Positions 42,201 through 53,700 of a stretch of 64,000 nt of DNA are shown in pieces (within the stretch, counting starts at the first letter, position 1; every line of letters starts with the position of its first letter). This DNA is from Saccostrea cucullata (taxonomy: Eukaryota), in contig NW_026935164.1 in the NCBI RefSeq assembly GCF_032062105.1, positions 62,001-126,000 on the forward strand. The letters run 5' to 3'. The notes beneath the pieces are model-generated. The model was not told where the DNA came from. It made no database searches and was given only the letters and a program-made list of their open reading frames with translations. A program made the position numbers and the translations under genes.

Positions 42201-45200
42201 TAAAACTGAGTTTAACACTAATATAAGAAAAGTGTGGTCAAAGTTCAAAGGAAAGGTCAAGGTTAAAAATGTTGATGCGTTGAATAGCTTTTATTAGTAT
42301 GTATCAGTATATGAAGTTTGATAAAAATTCTTGGATGGTTTTTTTTTATACTTAGCTAAACACTAATTTAAGAAAAGTGTGGTAAAGGTCAAGGAATGGT
42401 CAAGATGAAAAAGTTTGATGCAGTTGCATAGCTCTCATCAGTATGTATCAACATGTGAAGTTTGATAAAACCACGTTGAATGGTATGTTTAAAACTAACA
42501 AAACACTCATTTAAGAAAAGTGAGGTCAAGGTCAAAGGAAAGGACAAGGTCTAAAATGTTGATACAATTGAAAAGCTCCGATCATTAGGTATCAGTACAT
42601 GAAGTTTGAAAAAAAAAATCTTGGATGGTTTCTTTAAAACTGAGCTAAACACCAATTTAAGACAAGCTAATTCAGAGAATTCAGAGAATTTGTGTCCCCC
42701 GCTTAGGGAAAAGTAAACAATGCGCAGTTCGGGGGGGGGGGGGGGTCGGATCCCCTTGACTGAATTTGTAGAATTATTAAATGTATACATGTATACTGAA
42801 GCAAATAAAATATGCCAATATGGATATAAATATTTGATTGCTTATTCTTTATTATGTATATAGAAGATTCTTTTTATATGGAATATTTATCACACTGTAA
42901 TGATGATTTTATGAGTTTGTACAAGCCAGACCTCATAAATTTTCATTTCACATGCTGAATACTATCATTTAGTTTGAAAAAAGTATTTCGAAAAAAAAAT
43001 AAATTGGATCGTTCGGGTTGCGAACCCGGGCCATCTCACATGTGAAGCGAGAGACATACCACTAGACCACGGAACTGCGTTATAGTGACACAAATGATAT
43101 GCAGAGATGAAGTCACATACATGTACATGTATATATTCACGTTCGATATTGTCATCATTTTACACAATGAATGGTGTCTAATTTAACCTGTGTTAATCAG
43201 TTCTAATTAAGGAATGACTCTAATTCTTGGCCAAATTATTCGATATAACCTGGTTTGGGTCAGTTTACGGCTTCGCAGATTATAAAAGAAGCGTAAACTG
43301 ACCTCTACCAGGTTATACTCGAATAATTTGGCCAAGAATTAGAGTCATTCCTTATAATTTAATTTTAAAATAATTTAACAATGTGGATGTAAAATTGTGC
43401 TGCTTTTCATGAGTTCAAATTTGCCGCTCAATAATACATCCTTAGAACGGAAGTGGTGGGGAACAAGGGGAGGTAATAACTGATACACAGATGTAGCAGC
43501 CATAATGTTTGTTTACATGAGGTAAGATCGAGCTACTGTCTGACGTTAAAGGTATATTTATTAAATCTGGAATTTTCCATGAATCCCAAGGCCATGAAAT
43601 GAGGGGATTGCATGGATACATATGATTCAGCTGGTTGTCAAGGGGGTGTGTCCCCATACCAAACCAGATTATTGAAAAATAATATGCATTCCTTTTTGGA
43701 AATCAACCAAAGAGAGAATAGAATACAAACAAAATTAAATTATTAGATGTAATAAGAATATAAAGTCCACCGAGAACCTGTTTTATACGTGATAACTCTC
43801 CTCATGCCCCAATGCTAAAAATAGCGACATGTAATACAATAAATACTAATAAAACAAACGGGACGGGACACTTTGAGAGGGGTAAGAGAGGTCCTAAGGA
43901 GTTTTTGTATAAAATTACATTGCAAAAGCTCAAAATTTTTTTGAAATATCGCCCGGAAGGGATAGTGTTTCATACAGGAAGAATGAATAAATTTACGACC
44001 TTGAACTTTGACCTTTTGACCTCAAAATCAATAGGGGTCTTCCTTAGGCCACAGGGGGTTGTTATGTAAAATTTCATTGCAAAAGCTCAAAGGGTTCTCG
44101 AGATATCGCGCGGAAACGAAAGTGTTATAACAGACAAAATTTGCGAATTTATGACCTTGACCTTGACCTTTGACCTCAAAATCAATAGGGTTCTTCTTTA
44201 GTTCATAGGGAGTTGCTATGCAAAATTTCATTGCGAAAGCTCAAAGGGTTCTCGAGATATCATGTGGAAACGAAAGCGTTACAGACAGACAGAAAGACGG
44301 ACGGACGGACGGAGGACAGACCCAAATTAATATTCCCCACTTTTCAAACGGGGGACAAAAACGACAACAATGCTTATTTTTTTCAGCAATTTCAAAGTGC
44401 TTTACAACTGAAACATTGTATTTTTACTTATATATATGTTTCTTTTTGTACATGAAAAGATTTCAGATACATTTACTGTATACAAGGTTATTTTCGCCCC
44501 GTCTTATTTTCGCCTTTCACACTTGCAAACAATTTTGCCCCGTTTAAATTCGCCCAGTCATAGTTTTGTGTAAGAAATTGTACTGCATTCTTTGATTTCG
44601 CCCCGTTTTAAATTCGCCCAAATGAGGATAGTGCGAAAGGGGCGAAAATAATACGGGGGCGAAAATTTCCCTGTATACAGTATTCATATCGAAGACTATT
44701 TCAGAATATAATGATGTTCTTTAACCCAGTTTCGGTGAAAAATATCGCCTATCCTCTTAATTTCAAGAGATCAAGATTTCATGATTTACTTTTTAGCACT
44801 GGTATTAAATAAATGATCAATTATCATTGAATTGTTCTTTGTATTTAATAAATATTTTATGTCATCAATATTGAATTAAATGGTTTTAAAATGTAAGCAG
44901 GAATCAAGAGTTAGCGTGCGTAGTTCTTTTATTCCGTGGTATAGGAGGAGTTGTGGATAAGAGATGGGTACTCTTTAATATTATAGAAAAATGACACTGT
45001 CATTGTTTTGCCTCGGAAAACCAAAAATATGTGTCAAAACAAAAAGTAAAATAGGAGGCCACAATGGCAATATATAACAAAAATTCTGTGGAAGTCTCAT
45101 TAAATATCATTTAGTGGTAAAAAAAAAAGAGGTGCGGAGAAGAAATAAGTACCCCAAAGCGTAACAGACGGACGTACAGACAGACGGACATCCCGATTAC

Positions 45201-48200
45201 TACATACCCCCCCCCCACCCCCGCTTTTCAAGTGGGGTATAATAATACGTTGTTTACTTTAATTGAGTTTCCATTTTTACTCAACTGAGTTGAAAGCTCG
45301 AATGAGCTTTCCTGATAACCGTTGTCCGTCGTCTGTCTGTCCGTCTGCAAACTTTTCACATATTCGACTTCTTCTGAAGAACCACTGGACCAATTTTAGC
45401 CAAACTTGGTAGAGAGCATCCTTGTTTAAAGGGAACTTTAAATTATTGAAATAAAGGGCCAGGTCCCCTTGCAAGTGGGGATGATCACGAAAAGGCAAGA
45501 ATAGGGTTCTGGAGACTCTAACCGAAGGTCAGAATAGTGGATAGAATTTGCATTGATTGTTTAAATCATTACCCTTGGTGGTAGGGGTTGGATAACGAAA
45601 ACAAAAGAAGGGGTAAGGAACAGCATGGTTAAAATAACTCAGGTGTGTCATATGGAACTTGTACCCAACCCTCAAAATATAAGACCCCGGGGTAGGGGAC
45701 TTCGATGTCCCCCAGCCATATCTCGGAAACTAGAGACGGTACCATTACCATTTTTTCATAGAAGTGGTAACTGACCCGTAGTACCCCACCCACAAAATTT
45801 CAGACCCCGGGGTAGGGGACTTCGATGTCTCCCAACCCGATGTTTATTCGTATAGTATTATATAGTAGGGCTAAAAACTGGAGGGCCATATCTCGGAAAC
45901 TAGAGATGGTACCGTCACCATTTTTTTTCACAGAAGTGGTAACTGGCCCCTAGTACCCTACCCACAAAATTTCAGACCCCGGGGTAGGGGACTTCGATGT
46001 CCCCCAACCCGATGTTTATTCGTATAGTATTATATAGTAGGGATAAAAACTGGAGGGCCGTATTTCGGAAACTAGAGATGGTACCATCACCATTTTTTCA
46101 CGGAAGTGGTAACTGGCCCCTAGTACCCTACCCACAAAATTTCAGACCCTGGGGTAGGGGACTTCGATGTCTCCCACCCCGATGTTTAGTCGTATAGTAT
46201 TATATAGGAAGGCTAAAAACTGGAGGGCCATATCGGAAACTAGGGATAATACTATCATCATTTTTATAGAAGTGGTATCTGACCCCTAGTACCCTACCCA
46301 CAAAATTTCAGACCCCGGGGTAGGGGACTTCGATGTCCCCCAACCCGATGTTTATTCGTATAGTATTATATAGTAGGGCTAAAAACTGGAGGGACATATC
46401 TCGGAAACTAGAGATGGTACCATCACCATTTTTTCACGGAAGTGGTAACTAACCCCTAGTACCCCACCCACAAAATTTCAGACCCCGGGGTAGGGGATTT
46501 CGATGTCCCCCAACCCGATGTTTATTCGTATAGTATTATATAGTAGGGATAAAAACTGGAGGGCCATATTTCGGAAACTAGAGATGGTACCATCACCATT
46601 TTTTCACGGAAGTGGTAACTAACCCCTAGTACCCCACCCACAAAATTTCAGACCACATAGCTTATGTTTAAATTTTGAATTGCGAACTGCGTTCTAGAAC
46701 GCAATTCACTTTTGAATTGCGAATAGCGAACTGCGAACTGCGTTCTAAAATCTGAACGCCGATCTTTAGCTGATATTTTAGAATTTGACCTACCTTGATG
46801 AGTTTTAGATCAAGTTTGCATTTTTTTCCGCTTCAATGTTCTTTTAAAGAATAATGGCATTTTTAATTTTTAACGGGGACCAGTTAAAACTTGCTAGTAC
46901 AATTCTCTCAGAATGATTGTTTTGTTTATTATTGTTCAACGTCCTTCTCGACAATTTTTTACTCATATGGAGACGCCAACATTTGCCGGAGGAGGACTGC
47001 AAATATATACTTATATGTTTACCCGTGTAATCAGGGTCATTGAGCAGTGGGGGATCTTTTTCGTGTCAACACTTACTGTACCTCGGTTTATACTGAATTG
47101 ATTTTGTCTTCTCCAAAGGAACAAGTAAATAGTTTGTACTGATTGAGAGAACCGTATATACTTTATGGGCTTATATCTGTTATAGGAAACATTTCGTGGT
47201 TGTACACATCACATTCCTAGCATATCTTTGGCTTCTAGCATAAAAGTTAAATGCGCTTTTTTTCTTTTTTAAATTTTTGCAAATTTGCTTTATTCGTTTA
47301 ATATCCAGCCAACAAATCATATCAAACGCATTCCATTTCTCTTCCTTTATAAATGGTTCACTTATTAGACTTCTAGTTAATAAAAACTCATCTTCAAACG
47401 TTAGAAAAACAGCTTTCATTAAGTCATTATTCAAGTTTACAAATGCACAAAAACACTGTAAACATTTAGCATATACATTTATACATGTTACAGCGATATG
47501 CAGGATCTGAATCCCTAAAATCCTCCTGAAAGCGTTATTTAATTCTTGCCATTTTACCTAAAATGTCGTAAATTTCATTATCAGAAACTTGACCTTCAGG
47601 CATACTGACTTTTGACGTCATTAAATGATATAAATGCTTAGTTTTTTTTTTAAGAAAGGGTTTCATAAATTTTATTATAGATGTAATTTTAAATTTATGC
47701 ACTATCTAAAACGCAGAATTTACTCTTGAAAAAGATATCTGATAACAGGTCGCTTTGAAGTATAACACCAAAAAAAAAAAACGTGATTTTTGTGAATTCA
47801 TGAAGTAGAGGTTTTCATTTATCCTTTCATGGACATTTTTCTTTATTCTAAATGGCAAAAACTGCAGGGATCGGAAACAAAATGATGAGACAAAGCGAAG
47901 AAATTGTTATGAGCAACAGATCTTCCTACGTTCTGTCTGAGACACAATATTATGTATTAATTATATGTTCGTTTAAATCATTTTTTTTTCTACCGTCATC
48001 CTTCTTTAATATTAAAGAAACAATCGCTTTGGTCTGAAATATGTCACTCAGATTGTAATTGCCAAACAAACCTTTATAACGACTATAAAACTGCTGAAAC
48101 AAGTGCAGCATTAGTTGTCTATCCACTCGTACATGTACGTCGGATACAATTCTCTGAGATCGATAAATTATCAAGTTAATGTACAATCCTAATCAAAACA

Positions 48201-50669
48201 GCAAGTTTTTTAAAAATATTATTTCTTGATACTGCCAAGTCAGCGAGAAAAAGAAGACAAGCATATCTTAAATGGAACATCAACCTCTCTGCTTGATCAA
48301 TCTAGAATAGCCGCAACGAGTTGATCATAATTTTGGTTAAATGTTATTTATTCAGTTCACCCTACCATCTATAAAAACATCAATAACATACACAACTACT
48401 ATATATCCCCAGCTTCATCTGTGATTCTTATCTTGATATGAAATATTCCTAGCGCACAAAAATATTTTCAATATCTATTTTCAACTATAATTGCACATTG
48501 AAGTGAAAAAAATCTCAGAATGCATAAAAATAAAATAATGCATCGCTGGTGAAATAAAGGGGGACAGAGCAACTAATTTACTCTAAGAGGTAGGTAAATG
48601 TATTTTTAGTGATAGACATTTCATGGAAAAGGAGCGCTAGCGAATTCCGATCAATAAACAATCTTAGGTAATGAGGGTACTGATGATGGAGTAAACATAG
48701 AATATCACAAGTAAGAATTGAACATAAGCTATTCAGCTTATTACTTGGAGGTTTTCACAGACACATTGAATCTGTCTTTGCTTTATTCTTAAAGAATGAT
48801 AGGGATTGAAAACAGAAAAAAATTACTTCAAGTTTTCAATCGACTTCTGTTTTTTCGATCAGGTTTTCTTTATGGGTTTGTAGATTATAGTCCGGTTATA
48901 CTGATCGTAGTTTGTACCCTTATCAAGAAGAAAACCTAAATAAATCTCTTGTCGCTAAAATAAGGGCAATTTCTCATCGCAAACGCATTCTGATTTTCTC
49001 AATATCTTGTATCTTCTGAAACATTATTTCTGCTTTGGACAGCTTGATGGATTTGGTCAGAAGGGATAGGAATCATTCATCAGCCTTCTCCGCAACTCAC
49101 CTCTTGGTCATTTCTTGGAATCAACCATTATTGCTTTGCAAGGGACGATTCTCGCCAATAATGGTTATCTAAGGAAAAGCTTGGACCATACCGATAATGC
49201 ATCTTAATTTTAGCAATTTAACATCGTCTTCTATACTCGAGTAAATGCACAACCCGGGTGATTGCCGGAGATTGAGATGGTCCATTTGGTTTAAGAGGAC
49301 GAACCGCCGTTCCAACAGCTCTCCAGATGTATAGAAGGATATAATATCGAAATAAGAACATTCGGAAATTGATTTCTGACATATGAGGCTGATTTTTTTA
49401 TATCATGTTGGATTTGTACGAACAATTAGACTTTTCAATGTTTTGACAGACTCAAGCTTAAATAACTTTTAAATTCATTTATTTGTCAAATGTATGAGTG
49501 CAAAGAACTGTTTTTTTTTAAGTTTGATGTCAGATGAGTAAAAATTACAAGTATTTTTTTCCAACCAAACTGCGAACAATTAATGCACATTATTCTGCAA
49601 AAAAGCAAAGAACGAACTTGATAAAATTTGCAAATTTTATACAGTTTTTTATTTTCAAGTTTTAATTTATTTTCTATTTCGTTGTATTTAATTGCATCCC
49701 TTTTTTGCAGAACACTCAAGGTAACATCTTTCTCGACCAGGATACCAGTAACTGAGCAAGGACTTTGATTGGAATACTAGCTGGTGGACTGTTGTATGGT
49801 GTGGTTCATATTCACATGTGCATGTACTTAATGGGTTTGAAGGCTTTATACTTGTATATTGATTTGTCTATGACATAATACAACGATTACTAATGTCCAT
49901 TTTGAAAAAAAAATTAATGAATTGCTACCCAATACAGATGCAAACGAATGATATAAAGTTTGCACTTATAACTTTTTAATATCTTCAGGATTTTTTCTTT
50001 CTCTAAATTAAGTCTCTCTCCTCTTAAACGAAAATCAACAATAATGTCAAGATTGCTTTTAAATAAGTTTTTGCACGATTTTCTTTGGATTTGAGTATAT
50101 TTTCTAATTGCTTTTCACATATCATTTCAAGCCATTGGCCTATTTTAACAGAGTACCTTTTTGAAACTGAACCCAAGTTTTTAAAATTAAATTTTAATAG
50201 AAACTATTGCCCTGTCACAGAAAAAAGAAAATACATGTTTATTGGATTTGAGAAACTCTCTTTATGATCATCAGAAGATACTAAGAGATCTTACATGTAA
50301 TTTTGTATACCTGAAATGGATATTAATATATCATTCACAACACCATTTCATGAATAAAAATGCAACAGATTTCAGATGGGACACATATGGAAAGCAAAGG
50401 CAGGAGCACTGATTTTTTTTAAATTTCGGTTTCATGAGAACTGTCCTTACGAAACATCCTAAAATACCACAGCTTGCTAATACACGTTAAAAGTTAAAAA
50501 AAAAAATATGTAGAAGACACTCTAGCTTAAAGTACTCAATTCCAAAACACACACAGGTAGCTCATATCATGCCTCTTTGCATTCAAGCCTTAATACCATA
50601 ATTATATTGATTGTTTGTATTTTGTTTTCGTCCCTTTCGAGAAAACTTGAATCTACATTATGTAAAACT

Positions 50670-50719
<50 letters not shown>

Positions 50720-53700
50720 TACTAATACATGTATTAATTCCCATTCGCGAATTTTTTCACTAACATAGAGACGACACCATATACCGGTCGAAAGCTTTAA
50801 ATTTTAGAGCTTTACTCTGCACTAAGAGCCAGTGAGAAGTGGGGGTTCTTTATCGTACTAACGCCGATCGTGACTCTCATACGGAGGAGGTGATCAGAAA
50901 GTAGTTGGACAAACGTGACAATCCCCTGCCTGTGGCTAAAGATCTATATATCCAAAGTATTAGAATATTTCTCATCAACAGTAAAGGGATTTATGGGCAA
51001 ACACATTTTCAAACTAAGCTTAAACGGAATAGTGTAGGAAAAAAGAATCTGTATTATCCTCGTAAAATATAACATATAATTTACAGTAAAAAAAAATGTA
51101 CTTTGTATAATTCCTAGTTTATTAAGTGATATTTTGCATTTTCGACGTGATTGTACAGTGTTCCGATTTGTTCTTGCAAAGCCGTCACTTGTACTTTGGT
51201 AATAATTCTGTTCACGTGCAATTATCAGTTTGTAACGAATAATTGCGCTAAAACGAATCGTTATTTACACAGATTTTCATCGCACAAATGACATCCAAAA
51301 CCATTCCAAATAAATTCTTAAAATATTTAATGATATTGTTGTATGTATTCCTCTTATTGCAAATCTTTTATGAATTTCATTGATAATTGCACAATGTACT
51401 TTATATGTATTATTATTTGCAAATGTATGTCCATCGTTCCAAGACTTTCTCATAGTGGTTTGTCTCGCAAAAGAGGCGTTATATTCACAGACGTTTTGCA
51501 TCCAAGAATTTAAATGCTCGTAAAATTTCCTCCGAGACCGTTGAAGTAAGATAAATACAGAAGCCACGTGCCTTATAATTTGTCTGCATTGTGTATATTT
51601 TGTGGAAGTGATAAGGAATAAAACATTTCTTACACAGAGACAGGGATGCGCAATGTGTACATTTCTCCGCGATGAAATAAACCACCTGGTAGCGTCAAAT
51701 GCGTTCCGGTAAAATTATAGATGGTAGCTAAGCCTTTTCTTTTCAAAACATTTCTCACATTTTACAACTGGTTTCCCAAGCGGTTCGAAGCCGAACTTTC
51801 TTGCCCTCTGCAGCCCAATAAATTGCATTTCACAGCCTATAAAGTATTTCATCCTCAGTTGTTGGAGTTTCCTTTACTTCCTGCTTTATAAAAACTGCAT
51901 ATGTCGGAAATTTCAAAATAAGACCATCAATACCTGCCACTGTAATTTTTTCGTATCATCAATTTTTGTTCATTTTTACATTATGCCCGTGGAATATTTA
52001 CAATTATAGATGTCACTGATGTACAGAAAGTCGATTCTTTTAATCTCATTAAGCATTAAGAACGTACGCCGCAAAAAATCTACCAGTGACATTTGTATAA
52101 AAAAAAAGATTCCACAATCCTTCATAATGATATCCATTGAAGTTTTTCGATCGTGTTTTAAAAGGATCATGATTAAAGCTTACGTTATTGATACATATTG
52201 TGTATCGTTAACATGGGTGAATGGCGGAAAAAATATTTTATTCTTGAATTTTGTTGTATATGTTAAAAGATTTTTTTTTTTTTTTGGAAAATGGAAGTAA
52301 ATGGTATTCCTTCATCAGTGTAAAGATACCTAGAGAAACCTAAAGGTACATACAAGAAAACATTGATGTAACCATCAATTGTCGCCCGGGAAATAAATAG
52401 AGTAAACAATGGAAATGAGTCTTGATCATCAAACCGCTTCGATATGTGTGAAAAAGATATGCGTCTAAATGATGGAGACGATAGTCGAGAATATTTTGAA
52501 AACTTATAGTCGGAAGAAAATCGAAAACAAACAATACCAATTTAAACTTATCAATTCCTCAAGTAAATGTTGGCTGCATAAAATATAAATCGAAACCAGA
52601 CATATATATCACCTGTATTCAAAAATGTATTTCACTTTAAGAATATAAAACACGAACTGTCTACAGTACGTTTTTATGCGATAAGTAAAATTCGATGTTC
52701 TAAAAAAAGGGAACTGTCGTTTTTCGATAGTAAATTATAAGCAACTTTATATATTAAATATAAAAACATATATATTTTTACAGATTCACTTTATGGAAGT
52801 AAATATATCATGTATCTCGTAATTTATAAAGAGAAAGAACATTCTGATTACCAATCTTTTTAATGTTTAGAAAACCTTTAATTCTGAATAACTTCTCCCA
52901 CCTCAATCCCCATATACCAAAACTTAAACTTATATGTATAGAGCAGCCCGGTTCTCCGGGCTGCAATAAGACATTCCGAGATCACGATATTTGGTGTTAA
53001 AGTTATATTTTAGGATTTCAGATAATGATAATTCAAACGTAATTTTAAATCATTTAGCGAGAAAAACATGCAATGCTCAGCAGAAAATCAGATTTCTGAT
53101 TCGACATAACATATTGAATCATAGTCTTTGCCTTAAAGCATTTTATTGTTTCCATAGGTCCTTGTTTACTTAGCTGACAATTATACATATAATTTTACAG
53201 TTTAACTGGACTTTTGAGCTTGATGGTGTAGGCTATCCTCAACACTTCATTTTCTTTTTAAAAAAAACAACTCTTTACTGAGAACATTACACATGCCGTA
53301 TTGCAGATAATTTGAAGTATCTTCTACTAACATGTATTTAATTCTACCGCTACGACAATATGATACTCACAGCTCATAGTTTATAAACTACGATAATGTT
53401 ATATGCAACAGACCATTAAGTTTTGGTTAGTTATATCGTCAAAGATAGAAAATAAAATATTTTTGGCAAGAATCTTGGCAGCATTTTCATCCATCTACAT
53501 TATAATAATCAATTTAACTCTTCAAGTAGTAGATTAAATACAGGAGATACACGAAAGATGACGTGATTTACTTACATAAAAATACTCAGAAGTACTACTA
53601 TATGCTGTATATTGAGAATTCTCATACATAATTACAGCTACCTTTCCATGCTATTTTTATTCTTGTCTTCGGACCTTTATCTGACTTTTTTCACAATTTC

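Larger units (their letters stand above)
34903..46760. mobile_element. Foldback-type (MULE-like) non-autonomous transposon, 11,858 bp, with satellite arms
   Basis: 9-bp TSD gatctttag at 34894-34902 and 46761-46769; terminal 102 bp are perfect reverse complements (ggcgttcagattttagaacgc...); inverted 170-bp arrays continue inward. Confidence 0.92.

Noticed and set aside
40128-45680. Transposase inside the foldback element
   Set aside because: Only short ORFs derived from HINE repeats; no DDE or zinc-finger motifs seen.
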